This document shows positions 10,103 to 20,260 of a stretch of 64,000 bases of DNA, in pieces. The notes under the pieces are model-generated. The model was not told the DNA's origin, did no database searches, and worked only from the letters and a program-made list of their open reading frames with translations. Origin of the DNA: a virus (taxonomy: Duplodnaviria; Caudoviricetes); IMG/VR virus record IMGVR_UViG_3300031466_000001, positions 128,001 through 192,000 of that record; one strand, written 5' to 3'. The first letter of the stretch is position 1. The number at the start of each line of letters is the position of its first letter. Position numbers and translations under genes: made by a program.

Positions 10103-12535
10103 TTAATTATCGAGATCCTCTCGATTGAGTTTGTAGTTGGACAGGAATTCTACACGGTCATCTCTCGACTTTGCACCACCGTGCAAAATCTCCATCTTAC
10201 GGAGTTCCTCTTTCAGATCATTGATGGTTAGTTGAATCAGCATCCGATTATTCGGGTCCATAGTGGTCATGCCCAATTGATCATGGTTGAGTTCACCAAG
10301 TCCCTTAAACCGCTTTGTGATTGCCGGTCTAAATTTCTGACAATGAACCATGATATCCCCGATGGTCATAACACCACGGTCGATATAACCGTTCTTAGTC
10401 TTCTCATGCAAACGGTAGTAGATTTTACCCTTATTTACATCGAAGATCAAATCTTTTAACGTTTGAATCTTCTTGAAAAGAAGTTTGTCAAGGTTCAGAA
10501 TTTGATAGCGGCCTTCATGAATACCTTCGAGTATATTATCCTCGATAGTGATTTCCGGAAATCTCTTCTTCAAAAGAGTTTTGAAATTGACATCTTCCCC
10601 GTGTACCGCCACAAATTCCATAATTTGCGGATGGATACCGTAGTGCTTCGAAGCACGTTGGAGTTCTTCAAGATAATCCCGATTGTTCATCAGGAAATCT
10701 TTGAATTTCTCTTCTTTCATGACAACGTTCGTCTTAGGATCAATAAGAACGATGTTGTCACCGATTCTTTCCTCGAAGAGTTCAATATACTGACGTTTGT
10801 TCATTACATATTTCTTTTTCTTGTCATTTGTTTCATACAACGGCGCAACGGCTTTATACAGATAACCTTCTTCAACCACCTTAGGCAGATGGTATACGAA
10901 GAACGCACACAAAAGCGAGAAAATAAAGAAACCGTCTGCGTCGCTATCTGTCATGATAATAATTTTCTTGTAATGCAACTTACTTAAATCGAATCTTGGT
11001 CCGATATTACATCTAAGGATCGTCACCAGATCACGCAGCTCATTATTCTGCAGGACCACATCAGGACTAACCCCAAATACGTTTTTACCATAACCGCGAA
11101 CCCCGAATACTGCTTGGAAGTCTGCCGAATATCGACCTTGTTTTGCCGGACCGAATGCGGACTCCCCTTCTACGATGAACAATTCGCGGTAATCGTTTTT
11201 ACCCTTGTTATTAGCCGGACAGAAAAGATTGATTCCATGTTCAGAGAGATTGTTAGACTCTCCTCGAATTGCCGAGTTTCTCACTTTTGTAGATTCATAA
11301 CGAGCTTTTGCATTAGCTTTTATATAATCAACGATCTTTTTCAGCTCTCTCGGATTGCGTTTGAAATACTCGTCGAGACCACGATAAGTCATTTCACGCA
11401 ACGGTCTGAAGAAAGCTTGGTTGTTGAGTTTCTCTTTTGTCTGACCGCCAAACTCCGGTGTCATGTCAGTTGCAAGATACACACAGAGAACCAGACCATT
11501 GACAATATCGTTCGGCGTGATCTCAATTTTCTTAGCTTCTTTCTCCGAAAGAGCCTCACGCGCTTGTTTTCCAAAGTAATTAATAATACCAGCACGAACA
11601 CCATTAACGTGCTCGCCATGGTCAGTAGTCGTTACAAAGTTACAGAACGACTTAACTTTCATCTCTGCTACATGTGAAGATTCATACGTGAGAGCAAATT
11701 CTAATCCGATGAACCGCTGGATATTCTCCGGTTTGTATTCTCCAGTTTTTTCATCCCGGACTTGAACTATCTCAGTCAGCTTCATATCCCTTAAAATATG
11801 GATCGGATCTAAAATTGGCTTCTCCGCAAACTTCTTACACATCGTATAGAGACCATCTTTATTTCTAAACTTCCTTGTCATTACTGATTCTTTACCCTTG
11901 CGAGACACACTGAAGTTAATGCTAATATGACTAGGAGTTAAACAAATAATGTCTTCCAACCAAGCAATAACGTCATTGGGATCAATTTTACAATTTTCAC
12001 CCAGAAATCTTTTGCTCGGAATAAATTTAACAGTAGTTCCGTGTTTTACGCTCGCATCATCTTCGATCTTTACGTCTTGAACAAGCTTACCTTCACGGAA
12101 TTTTATACTTGCTCTCTTACCATAACGATAAGAAATAATCTCAAATGATTCAGACAAAGCATTTTCGACAGTGATACCCACCCCGTTCTGCCCAGCGGTA
12201 GTCCCTACTCCTTCACGTTTAAACTTACCACTAGACTGAAGAGTAGTACATACTATCTTAAGTTTATCGAACGGAATACCCCTACCGTTATCCGAAACGA
12301 TAATTTCATTCTCACTTTCATCAAGAAAGATCGAGATTTCATTACCAGGGGAATTCGGATTGATACATTCGTCAATCGCGTTATTAATGCCTTCCTTTGA
12401 CAGATGGAAGGCTCCCCTAGCTCCAGAATATCCGATATACATATGAGATGCTTCTTGAACTTTTTCAATGTCATTCTCTAGGTGCACAATATTATCATCT
12501 TCAAAAAGTTTTTCTTCTGTGATATTAACTGCCAT
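10103..12535 (-). CDS. gyrB: Type IIA topoisomerase subunit B (GyrB/ParE-like)
   Basis: MYIG, E.INNAIDE, SDNGRGIP, GQNGVG, GQTKEKL, EGESA, MTDSDADG (TOPRIM), RFKGLGE. Confidence 0.95.
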   Translation of the reverse strand: MAVNITEEKLFEDDNIVHLENDIEKVQEASHMYIGYSGARGAFHLSKEGINNAIDECINPNSPGNEISIFLDESENEIIVSDNGRGIPFDKLKIVCTTLQSSGKFKREGVGTTAGQNGVGITVENALSESFEIISYRYGKRASIKFREGKLVQDVKIEDDASVKHGTTVKFIPSKRFLGENCKIDPNDVIAWLEDIICLTPSHISINFSVSRKGKESVMTRKFRNKDGLYTMCKKFAEKPILDPIHILRDMKLTEIVQVRDEKTGEYKPENIQRFIGLEFALTYESSHVAEMKVKSFCNFVTTTDHGEHVNGVRAGIINYFGKQAREALSEKEAKKIEITPNDIVNGLVLCVYLATDMTPEFGGQTKEKLNNQAFFRPLREMTYRGLDEYFKRNPRELKKIVDYIKANAKARYESTKVRNSAIRGESNNLSEHGINLFCPANNKGKNDYRELFIVEGESAFGPAKQGRYSADFQAVFGVRGYGKNVFGVSPDVVLQNNELRDLVTILRCNIGPRFDLSKLHYKKIIIMTDSDADGFFIFSLLCAFFVYHLPKVVEEGYLYKAVAPLYETNDKKKKYVMNKRQYIELFEERIGDNIVLIDPKTNVVMKEEKFKDFLMNNRDYLEELQRASKHYGIHPQIMEFVAVHGEDVNFKTLLKKRFPEITIEDNILEGIHEGRYQILNLDKLLFKKIQTLKDLIFDVNKGKIYYRLHEKTKNGYIDRGVMTIGDIMVHCQKFRPAITKRFKGLGELNHDQLGMTTMDPNNRMLIQLTINDLKEELRKMEILHGGAKSRDDRVEFLSNYKLNREDLDN

Positions 12536-12647
12536 GACTAGCCTACCTCCTTTTTCTATCTATATGTTTAGCCATTTTTAAAAATATAAAATCTACGTCG
12601 CGGAATACAGATACATAGAAAAAATAATTTTTTCATTTTCAAAAGTA

Positions 12648-12723
12648 AAAGTGTGTATACGATAGAATGGTCTGCAAACCCCCCATTGAGGGAGTTTGAG
12701 ACCATTCCTCATATACACACTTT
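12648..12723. terminator. Long (~30-bp) imperfect hairpin: terminator or processing site
   Basis: aaagtgtgtata/tatacacacttt, gaatggtct/agaccattc and caaac/gtttg stacked stems. Confidence 0.6.
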
Positions 12724-12729
12724 CAGATA

Positions 12730-13014
12730 TTAATTTACGATCAGTTCGGATTCAAGGCGTCTAACGACGTCCTGATAACAACCGATGATTTCCTTCGCGT
12801 CCAGCTTAGCACCGAGTCTGAATTTGTAAACGATTATGCCAGTCTTATGACTGATGACGTTTACATCGAGGGTTCCTTTGATGCGATGGAACCAATAGTC
12901 GCCGACCCGCAAACCTTTCTTCGCGTTGTTGTCATCGGCACCTTCAGCCTCAATGAGAGCGGTTTCGTTTTCAACAGTTCCCGGCTCTTGAACAAAGATT
13001 TCAGCTTCGGTCAT
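12730..13014 (-). CDS. Hypothetical protein
   Basis: ORF with RBS GGAGGGTG. Confidence 0.7.
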   Translation of the reverse strand: MTEAEIFVQEPGTVENETALIEAEGADDNNAKKGLRVGDYWFHRIKGTLDVNVISHKTGIIVYKFRLGAKLDAKEIIGCYQDVVRRLESELIVN

Positions 13015-13144
13015 TAGGAATCACCCTCCGTTTTATGATGACAATAAAAATCGATGATTAATTTAATATATTTCGAGGGAAATAAAGTAGGGGACGCGAG
13101 TACTTACTCACATCCCCTACAGAATGATCAATGCTGGACGTTAG

Positions 13145-13657
13145 TTAAAGGTAGTAGCTATGCTTCTTCTTTTCTTTCTTGCCACCTTCGTAGCTGAACG
13201 AAAGTGCACCGAAACCGCCGAACGGCTCGCGCTCGCGTTCTTCACGGCCTTCGAAACGATCATCCCGGTCTCCATGATCTTCGCTGTTCTTCCGGACGAT
13301 CCGTTCATACAGTTCAGCAGCTTCCTTGATATCGAAATTCAGAATACCAAGAGCTTCGCTGATGCGCACGTCGCGCTCTCTGTCCGGGTCCGTAAGGCAG
13401 CGAATTTGGTTGATCATGTCGTGAACGACGCGCAGAGCGTTGCTGATGTCGCGGCCCGGAATTTGTTCCATGGAAAAGGTTTCGCCGCAACGTTTGCACT
13501 CAAAGCGACCATCAGACAGAACACGAAGAGCAAGCTTGCCGCTTTTCTTGCGGTGGCTGCAACGAGATACAATGCGCTTTTCTTTCTCACGGAGTTGACG
13601 ACGCAGTTCGTAAAGATCGTTTCTTTCTTTGTCGAATTCTTTGTTTTTCTTACCCAT
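13145..13657 (-). CDS. Hypothetical zinc-finger protein, probably highly expressed
   Basis: CSH...CKRC; strong RBS AAGGAGG; codon usage rich in AAC/TTC/CGT/GAC. Confidence 0.75.
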   Translation of the reverse strand: MGKKNKEFDKERNDLYELRRQLREKEKRIVSRCSHRKKSGKLALRVLSDGRFECKRCGETFSMEQIPGRDISNALRVVHDMINQIRCLTDPDRERDVRISEALGILNFDIKEAAELYERIVRKNSEDHGDRDDRFEGREEREREPFGGFGALSFSYEGGKKEKKKHSYYL

Positions 13658-13886
13658 CTAGTATTCCTCCTTAATTTGGTTATTTTTTTGTTTTCTCCAA
13701 AGTAAGTTTTAATTAAACTTACTCTTGAGACCTTAATAATTAGTTTCGCAAATAATAAAATACTGCAATTTTTCTACGATCCGCTAGGTGAAATTAATCG
13801 ATATTAATCTCTCCTTTACAGAATATTATTTATTTTCTTTCTGGCCTTATAATATAGATTCGAAATATTTATTAATTTTTTTCGGT

Positions 13887-13922
13887 TAAAAGATCCTACG
13901 GAATATTCCGTAGGATCTTTTA
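13887..13922. terminator. Perfect 36-bp palindrome, terminator
   Basis: taaaagatcctacggaat|attccgtaggatctttta directly after the 13923 stop codon. Confidence 0.75.
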
Positions 13923-14204
13923 TTAAAAACCAATGAAACGGCTATTAACGGTATCCCAGTCACTTTCACTTTTTACAATAACTATTGTTTGGATATGACC
14001 AATATGTTTAGCCACCCTAACCTTAGTTCCTTTAGGATCTTCAACTTCAAAGACGAGATGCTGAATACTTGGTATATAATTTTTGGCAAGTGAAAATCTA
14101 TTATTTTTAGTAAAAAGATGGCGTGCAGAGTTGTCAAACACGAAACCAAGAATATTTTCTTCCCCAAAATATGCCACAGTTGCAAGAAAAATATCTTCTT
14201 CCAT
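13923..14204 (-). CDS. Hypothetical protein
   Basis: ORF with RBS GAGGAGG; TAATG overlap with upstream small ORF. Confidence 0.7.
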   Translation of the reverse strand: MEEDIFLATVAYFGEENILGFVFDNSARHLFTKNNRFSLAKNYIPSIQHLVFEVEDPKGTKVRVAKHIGHIQTIVIVKSESDWDTVNSRFIGF

Positions 14205-14368
14205 TACTTTTTCCTCCTCTTCTTTTTACGCTTACCTTTACCATGATGTAGGTTAAATTTCTTTTTTATTTCAGCTATTTTTTGCTCTCTTGTTTTATAA
14301 GGTTTAGGTTTAGCTTTAGGTAGCGCTTCCCCTATTTTTTCAAGTGCAAAAGGTACTTTTGGTAGCAT
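14204..14368 (-). CDS. 54-aa very basic protein (...HHGKGKRKKKRRKK)
   Basis: Manual translation; RBS AAGGAG; stop overlaps the next ATG. Confidence 0.6.
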   Translation of the reverse strand: MLPKVPFALEKIGEALPKAKPKPYKTREQKIAEIKKKFNLHHGKGKRKKKRRKK

Positions 14369-14441
14369 TAGTATTACTCCTTCCTACGTTTATATATTAT
14401 TTAAGTGAAGTGTAATAAATAATCTAAAAGGAGTGTTTTAA

Positions 14442-14618
14442 ATGGGTAAAATGGAAGAAAAAATCTACGAAACACGGGCACGGCTCCATATGCACACTGA
14501 GAGTGCAGCAAGGAAAGTTCGCAGCACAACGAACAAAATCATTCCGATTCACCCCAACCCGTACCATTTCGCGGTGAATATCAAAGATGGTATCCGCCGC
14601 ATCTTCAAAAAATATTAA
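14442..14618 (+). CDS. 58-aa early protein (MGKMEEKIYETRARLH...)
   Basis: TATATATTAT at 14391-14400, RBS AAAGGAG; below ORF-track cutoff. Confidence 0.6.
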   Translation: MGKMEEKIYETRARLHMHTESAARKVRSTTNKIIPIHPNPYHFAVNIKDGIRRIFKKY

Positions 14619-14692
14619 AATTGCCCTCCGGCGACCACTCATGGTCGATTTTGTCCCAGGCCTTGTCGATAACGACAAGGCCCTATTTTTTT

Positions 14693-15940
14693 CTATGCGA
14701 CTTTATCAAATACATTTGATTTTTTTGTGGGTGATCTGAAAACTGGCTGCTTAGCCAAAATCAGACCCTTAACTGCACGAGTAATGGATGTATAAAGCCA
14801 CTTATTATAGTACTCTTGGTCACCAATACGTTCGTCATATACGAAAACGTTATCGTACTGGGAACCTTGAGCCAAGTGTGCGGTAATTACATAACCAAAC
14901 TGAAATTTATTATAGTTATTGAATTTAGACATGATATTTTCATTCTTAGCGGCTTCTGCCATGTCTGTGAAAAGATATCGATAATCTATTTCTACCTGTT
15001 CAAATATTTCTTCAGTTTTAAACTCGGGTCGAAAATCTATCTTAATAGATCTTCTATTATAACTTTCTAGGTCCATATCGTCGACATATCCAATCAACCC
15101 ATTAATTAAACAAATTCCATTATCAATAGATAGATTCCAATTATTTTGTCTGCAAATAAGCTTTTCTCCCAAAACAAGAGTGTCTTTCTGTTTGACTCCA
15201 ATGATGTTTTGTCTATAATACTCTGTCATTCGTTGACGAGTAGAATTTTTCCCACAGATTATAATGTCTGCCTTTGAAAGCATTTGGTCTGTTATCATTT
15301 CCTTAGGAATGACAAAACACCTATCGCCATATTTACCAATAGGTATTTCTTCTCCCTTTATAGCCATCTGACTAAGAATAACAATGGGATCATTCTTAGC
15401 CTGACGCATGACCTCAGTGAGAATGAAATCTGGCTTAATAAGAAATGCAGGCTTACCGAATACTGGCGGTAACTGATTGAGATCCCCTAAAACAATCACA
15501 GGTAAACCAAAACTAAGTATGTCATTCTTAATCTGCTCATTTATCATAGAACCTTCATCGACAACCAAAAGTTTAATATAAGGAGGAAGAAATTTTTTTC
15601 TCTCAAACCCCTTATATTTAACGACTCTATTGTTCTTAATAACTTCATTTCCGTCTTCATCATAAAGAGTTTTATAGACTATGTCATAAAGGGATGCATG
15701 TATGGTTTTGGCTATATTACCACGGAGAGTTAACATCATCGCCGCTTTCCCGACATAGGCCATATATAAAACCTCATGGGGTTCAAGACCTATTCTTTCA
15801 ATCATTAGTTCAATGATACTTGTTTTACCTGAACCAGCTGGTCCAGATATCTCATATGTCTGCTTGTATTGCGTTAACCACCATTTAGTACAGTCATTGA
15901 GCAATTCTTTTTGTTGTTCATTCAAATCAGCATAATCCAC
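14693..15940 (-). CDS. SF1 helicase (Dda/RecD-like)
   Basis: GPAGSGKT, TIH, VDEGSM, GDLNQLPPV, RQ, FGYVITAHLAQGSQY, LYTSITRA. Confidence 0.92.
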   Translation of the reverse strand: MDYADLNEQQKELLNDCTKWWLTQYKQTYEISGPAGSGKTSIIELMIERIGLEPHEVLYMAYVGKAAMMLTLRGNIAKTIHASLYDIVYKTLYDEDGNEVIKNNRVVKYKGFERKKFLPPYIKLLVVDEGSMINEQIKNDILSFGLPVIVLGDLNQLPPVFGKPAFLIKPDFILTEVMRQAKNDPIVILSQMAIKGEEIPIGKYGDRCFVIPKEMITDQMLSKADIIICGKNSTRQRMTEYYRQNIIGVKQKDTLVLGEKLICRQNNWNLSIDNGICLINGLIGYVDDMDLESYNRRSIKIDFRPEFKTEEIFEQVEIDYRYLFTDMAEAAKNENIMSKFNNYNKFQFGYVITAHLAQGSQYDNVFVYDERIGDQEYYNKWLYTSITRAVKGLILAKQPVFRSPTKKSNVFDKVA

Positions 15941-16050
15941 GGGGACAAGTACTCCCCCTTTCTCGAAAAAATAATTTATAAGAATGTATTTCCTTTTTTA
16001 ACATGCTACATTAATTTAATACTGCGAATATAGAGGTAGGTGGTAATTTT

Positions 16051-16419
16051 ATGATTGAAACGTTGGAAGATCTTAAACTTGAATCATTCGAATATGCATA
16101 CTTGGTTGAAGATACATCCTATACAGCGGATTCATTTCCTCTCTGGATGCCGAAGCTTCTTCCGTTAACAAATGGCTCGGCCAAGAGAGAAAATACCGTT
16201 GTTATAAACAACAATATTTTCATCAATGAAGTTAAACCAGAAACACCCTCATCCGTTTCTGCTAGAAATTATATTAGAATTCCAAAATACAGAAAGGCAG
16301 ATTTTCTTTATAAGGTAGATAATTATCCTCATAACACATCCATTAAAAGAGGGGCGTCCTTTTTGGTAAATGTGTTAAATAGTAATATTCAGACTATGTA
16401 CGTTACAGATAATATTTAA
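16051..16419 (+). CDS. Putative baseplate/virion protein
   Basis: RBS GAGGTAGG, late-type TACA-N6-TA at 16007-16018, paired with the gp53-like gene. Confidence 0.5.
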   Translation: MIETLEDLKLESFEYAYLVEDTSYTADSFPLWMPKLLPLTNGSAKRENTVVINNNIFINEVKPETPSSVSARNYIRIPKYRKADFLYKVDNYPHNTSIKRGASFLVNVLNSNIQTMYVTDNI

Positions 16420-16436
16420 TAAAGGAGAATGGTATT

Positions 16437-16871
16437 ATGCCACCTTTAGGTATACCGGATTACGGGTCAATGCAAGGCCTTATAGATTACAGTAAGAGTC
16501 TTGATATTTCTCATGCTAAACTCCATTTCAAAACCCTCATACAATCTGAACAAAATAAACTTATCATCAATACGATGTCTATAATCGATAAATATTATGA
16601 CGTTATAAAAGCAAATACAGTTGACTATCAAATGACAGATGCCGAATTAATAAAATATAAATTTCAACCCAAGTATCTCTCTTTTGATCTTTATGGTACG
16701 ACCGAACTCTGGTCTCTTATCTTAAAGGTTAATAATATGCTTAGTGCTACCCAATTCACGAGAAGGAATATAAAGATCCTCACGAATAATATATTCTCTG
16801 TATTGAATGAGATTCTAATTCTTGAGGATAAAGAAATTAAAGAAAATAATTTGTTGGTATATAGGAAATAA
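16437..16871 (+). CDS. Baseplate wedge protein (T4 gp53/LysM-like)
   Basis: YKFQPKYLSFDLYGTTELWSLILKVNN matches the P..LS..LYG...LW.IL..N motif. Confidence 0.7.
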   Translation: MPPLGIPDYGSMQGLIDYSKSLDISHAKLHFKTLIQSEQNKLIINTMSIIDKYYDVIKANTVDYQMTDAELIKYKFQPKYLSFDLYGTTELWSLILKVNNMLSATQFTRRNIKILTNNIFSVLNEILILEDKEIKENNLLVYRK

Positions 16872-16969
16872 AGGAAGAGGTCAATTCCTCTTCCTTTATT
16901 TTTTTTTTCTTAGTAATCTCACTCACCAGATTTATATATTATAGATCTGGAAAGGGGTGAGAAACGTCT

Positions 16970-17338
16970 ATGAAAACATTCAAAATTGAAGTATTGCATG
17001 TTCCTTCTTATATTGCATCTAGATGTGTCTCACAAATACCCCAAAAGATGTCAATTGCGGCAAAAGATAGCTTCGAAGCAATTAATTTATTTCTCACAAA
17101 TGCAGTAAAAAGCATGGGAAATATCATTCATGAAATAGCATCATATTTACAAGGTCCTTCCTTCATCATTAAAGACAATCATATCGAACTCGGAAAATAT
17201 GTAATCTATATGAGAAGGAGCGCAGATAAGAGCGGGACTATTGTTACAGTAAAAGACTATCGCGGGATTACAGTACCCAATCTCGGCATTTATGTAAAAA
17301 GGGAAATCGAAGAACAAGAAAAATACTTCGTATGGTGA
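16970..17338 (+). CDS. Hypothetical early protein
   Basis: TATATATTAT at 16933-16942; RBS AGGGGTG. Confidence 0.7.
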   Translation: MKTFKIEVLHVPSYIASRCVSQIPQKMSIAAKDSFEAINLFLTNAVKSMGNIIHEIASYLQGPSFIIKDNHIELGKYVIYMRRSADKSGTIVTVKDYRGITVPNLGIYVKREIEEQEKYFVW

Positions 17339-17396
17339 AATAAAAAATAAACGGCTATGGATTTATACCATAGCCGTTTATTTTTTTTATTAGAAC

Positions 17397-19082
17397 CTAT
17401 GATGCCTTCTTATTGATAGCTGTGCTGAAATCAAATACACTGTCAAAATCATCAGAGTCATCGACAACTTCTCTTTCAGTTGCATTTCTTTTACCTTTCT
17501 TAGCAACGAGATCAACAATTCCTTCAAAGTCAGAAGCAAGACTTTCTTCAGACAACGATGTTTCAAGATGAATATCATCAATAAGTCTAACTCTATTTCC
17601 GATTTCGAACGGATGGTTGAAATAACCAAGTTCATTTGGATTCGGATCTTTATAACGAAGTTTAACCCGCTTAAATGTAAGATAGAATTGATCAGTTCCA
17701 CGTTTCTTTTCAACGTTGATAATACAACACCAGTCGCTATTCTCGATAACTTCCCAGGCACTACCGACATTAGATCGACCGACAAACCTAGCGAGGTCCT
17801 CTTTATTCGCGGTCATAGCCGAGTCAATTGTAGTTGCGGCTTCCCGGTTCAGTTGGTGAGCTGTAATAACCGGAATGTCTTTATCTGTTGCCAGATTCTT
17901 GAGTTCGTTCGTAATATTTTTGAGTTCTTCTTTTTCATCCTTACCGCGCTCCGCTGGACGGATACGCTTAATATAATCAAGAACGAGAGCGATTACTTCT
18001 CCTCCCTCATCTTCGATATCTTCAATAATCGTATAAAGATCTGCTGTACTAATCGATCTATTCGGATAATATTTGATTATGATGTTAATATCATCTTCGT
18101 CATCAATACGAAGCTCACCTTTAGTTTTCATCAACTTAACGATTTCTTTAGCCGTATAATTCCTAATATTTTCCGAAGATACACTCATATTGAATAAACG
18201 TTCCACAGACTCTTCAAGAGAGTTTTCCATAGTCAACATAAGTACTGTCTTACGTTTACCTGCTTTTTTCGAAGGAACATCTTTATTATATTTCTTAATA
18301 TCCCTCGCTGTCTTCAGAAGGATACCAGATTTAAAACCTGCTGGGAGACCGAGATACATATAAAGACGTTTGGAGAAGTATCCCCCACCAAGTATAGCAT
18401 TCAATTTTTTGATACCGCTTTTCAAAATTCTCGAAGGATCAATCAACCTGATAGCAATATCTTCGAGCGTTAAATCAAAGTTTTCATCAGCCAGATTTAA
18501 CGTATCGACATCATCCAAGACCTGAGTCTTTCGAGTCTCCGCCAGGAGATCTCTTACCAAAGATAAAAGCTCTTCATTAATTTCCTTAAACGAATCATAA
18601 TCTCCCGAATCAATTCTCTCGATAAGTTCATAAAGTTCATCCTTATAATGGAAAATGAAAAAGTATTTAAGACGTTCTTGAATCGCTTTATTGATAAATT
18701 GAATTTCGTTGTAATTAATCTTTCGATAATGGTCAAGATTGTTAATAATTTCATCGATTTCTTTATTCTGGGAATCGCTATCGCTTCGGCAATAGTTGAT
18801 AATGATATTTTCGTTCTCCATTCCCTCAATAAGTTTTGCATGAAGAGCACGTTTGATAAAATGAATTCTAGCTTCCATCTTTTCATTACCTTCATAAGCT
18901 CTTTCATCCAATACATCAAATAGCTTTTTCATATTACTTAAGGCTTTTTTAGTCACTTGTCTTTTTGGAGTAAATATGTAACCGATAAACATGTTAAGCA
19001 TAGATATGTCAAACTTAAGGAATATTTTTTTATCCTCATAAACTTTCTGTTTTTTATTATAACCCCAAGCCAATATTATCAC
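17397..19082 (-). CDS. dnaB: DnaB-like replicative helicase
   Basis: SGIKKLNAILGGG, Walker A GLPAGFKS, TMEN, LDYI, ITAHQLNR. Confidence 0.88.
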   Translation of the reverse strand: MIILAWGYNKKQKVYEDKKIFLKFDISMLNMFIGYIFTPKRQVTKKALSNMKKLFDVLDERAYEGNEKMEARIHFIKRALHAKLIEGMENENIIINYCRSDSDSQNKEIDEIINNLDHYRKINYNEIQFINKAIQERLKYFFIFHYKDELYELIERIDSGDYDSFKEINEELLSLVRDLLAETRKTQVLDDVDTLNLADENFDLTLEDIAIRLIDPSRILKSGIKKLNAILGGGYFSKRLYMYLGLPAGFKSGILLKTARDIKKYNKDVPSKKAGKRKTVLMLTMENSLEESVERLFNMSVSSENIRNYTAKEIVKLMKTKGELRIDDEDDINIIIKYYPNRSISTADLYTIIEDIEDEGGEVIALVLDYIKRIRPAERGKDEKEELKNITNELKNLATDKDIPVITAHQLNREAATTIDSAMTANKEDLARFVGRSNVGSAWEVIENSDWCCIINVEKKRGTDQFYLTFKRVKLRYKDPNPNELGYFNHPFEIGNRVRLIDDIHLETSLSEESLASDFEGIVDLVAKKGKRNATEREVVDDSDDFDSVFDFSTAINKKAS

Positions 19083-20260
19083 TCCCCAGATAAATACCTA
19101 TCAAACAGGTATTCTCTCATTTTCTCTATCGAAATGTTTTTCTGATATTTCTCTTTAATATAACGCGAAATCTTTTCTTCTACGGGTATTTTCTTATCAA
19201 ATATGAACCCATATCTTTCCAGAAGTATATTAATTTTTCTTTCCATCTCTTTATTCTTAACTACTTTGCCGTTGTTGTTAATTTTCAATTTAAACTTCTT
19301 ATACTTGCTGAATACACTGTTAAGCATTGATGTTAACAATGAAGGATTTGGATGATTTTCAGGTATATTAACTTCTAAACGTAAATAATCCCTGTTATCT
19401 GCCAAATTGTCTACTAGTTTAACAAGATAATCTATCTGATCTTCAATTGAATTATCTGGGTTGCAATCAACTTCCATAGTTTCAAATTTTCTAGCGGTTT
19501 TATTTACAATAAATTCGGTTTTAAATTCAGATGTGATTGGCGAATAGCAAAATAAATAATATCCTTTATCCTCTTCTTCTCCAAATGCCCATCTTGAAAA
19601 AGAATTAGTGTAGAAAAATCTATTTTTGATCACTATTTTTTTATGGATATGACCGAAAAAGATCGGACCTTTACAAATTTCGATAAGCTCATCGACTTTG
19701 AAGACCGGTGCTTTAGGCATAGTCATTTCACTTTCTTGTGTTGCTGCCATATGTAATGCTTCTTGAATGAGTCCATGACCGAAAATACTATCATATTGCT
19801 TAGAAAAATAATCTTTATAGTATTCATTTTTATCTTCGATATATTCTTCTGGTATATACAACACATGATAATCTTCAAATAACCACTCAGATTCTACATT
19901 TTGGATAATTTTTACATCACAATCGGCATTTGTAAGTAATGCCTCGATTATTTCCAGTTGATTGTTATCATGAGATTCTGTACCTTTAACGATTCTCAGT
20001 TTAGAATTCTTTTTCGAGCAAATTTTTACTAATCTATTGAGAAATAATGCCAAATATTTAGCGTGACTTGAGTTAAAAGATATTTTATTATTAAGAGTAT
20101 CCCCACAAAGGATAATAAAATCAAGAACCGGCATATTTTCAGCCGGTTCTAGAAGAGATTTTTCAATTTCATGAAACCAAATGTCAGCTTCAAAAGCTCC
20201 ACAATGTAAATCTCCTACAGCTATCCCAACATATGCAGGATTTTTTATTTCAACCTTCAA
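19079..20260 (-). CDS. sbcD: SbcD/Mre11-like nuclease (metallophosphoesterase)
   Basis: GDLH, GD, GTESHD, GHG and GHIH motifs; probable TTG start at 20260 (ORF extends to 20296). Confidence 0.85.
   Translation of the reverse strand: MKVEIKNPAYVGIAVGDLHCGAFEADIWFHEIEKSLLEPAENMPVLDFIILCGDTLNNKISFNSSHAKYLALFLNRLVKICSKKNSKLRIVKGTESHDNNQLEIIEALLTNADCDVKIIQNVESEWLFEDYHVLYIPEEYIEDKNEYYKDYFSKQYDSIFGHGLIQEALHMAATQESEMTMPKAPVFKVDELIEICKGPIFFGHIHKKIVIKNRFFYTNSFSRWAFGEEEDKGYYLFCYSPITSEFKTEFIVNKTARKFETMEVDCNPDNSIEDQIDYLVKLVDNLADNRDYLRLEVNIPENHPNPSLLTSMLNSVFSKYKKFKLKINNNGKVVKNKEMERKINILLERYGFIFDKKIPVEEKISRYIKEKYQKNISIEKMREYLFDRYLSGE

Noticed and set aside
7127-11677. Long + strand ORFs (up to 382 aa) opposite gyrA/gyrB
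   Set aside because: Antisense shadows without RBS or recognisable motifs
14424-14678. 84-aa - strand ORF
   Set aside because: The opposite-strand 58-aa ORF has a promoter and RBS; this one has neither
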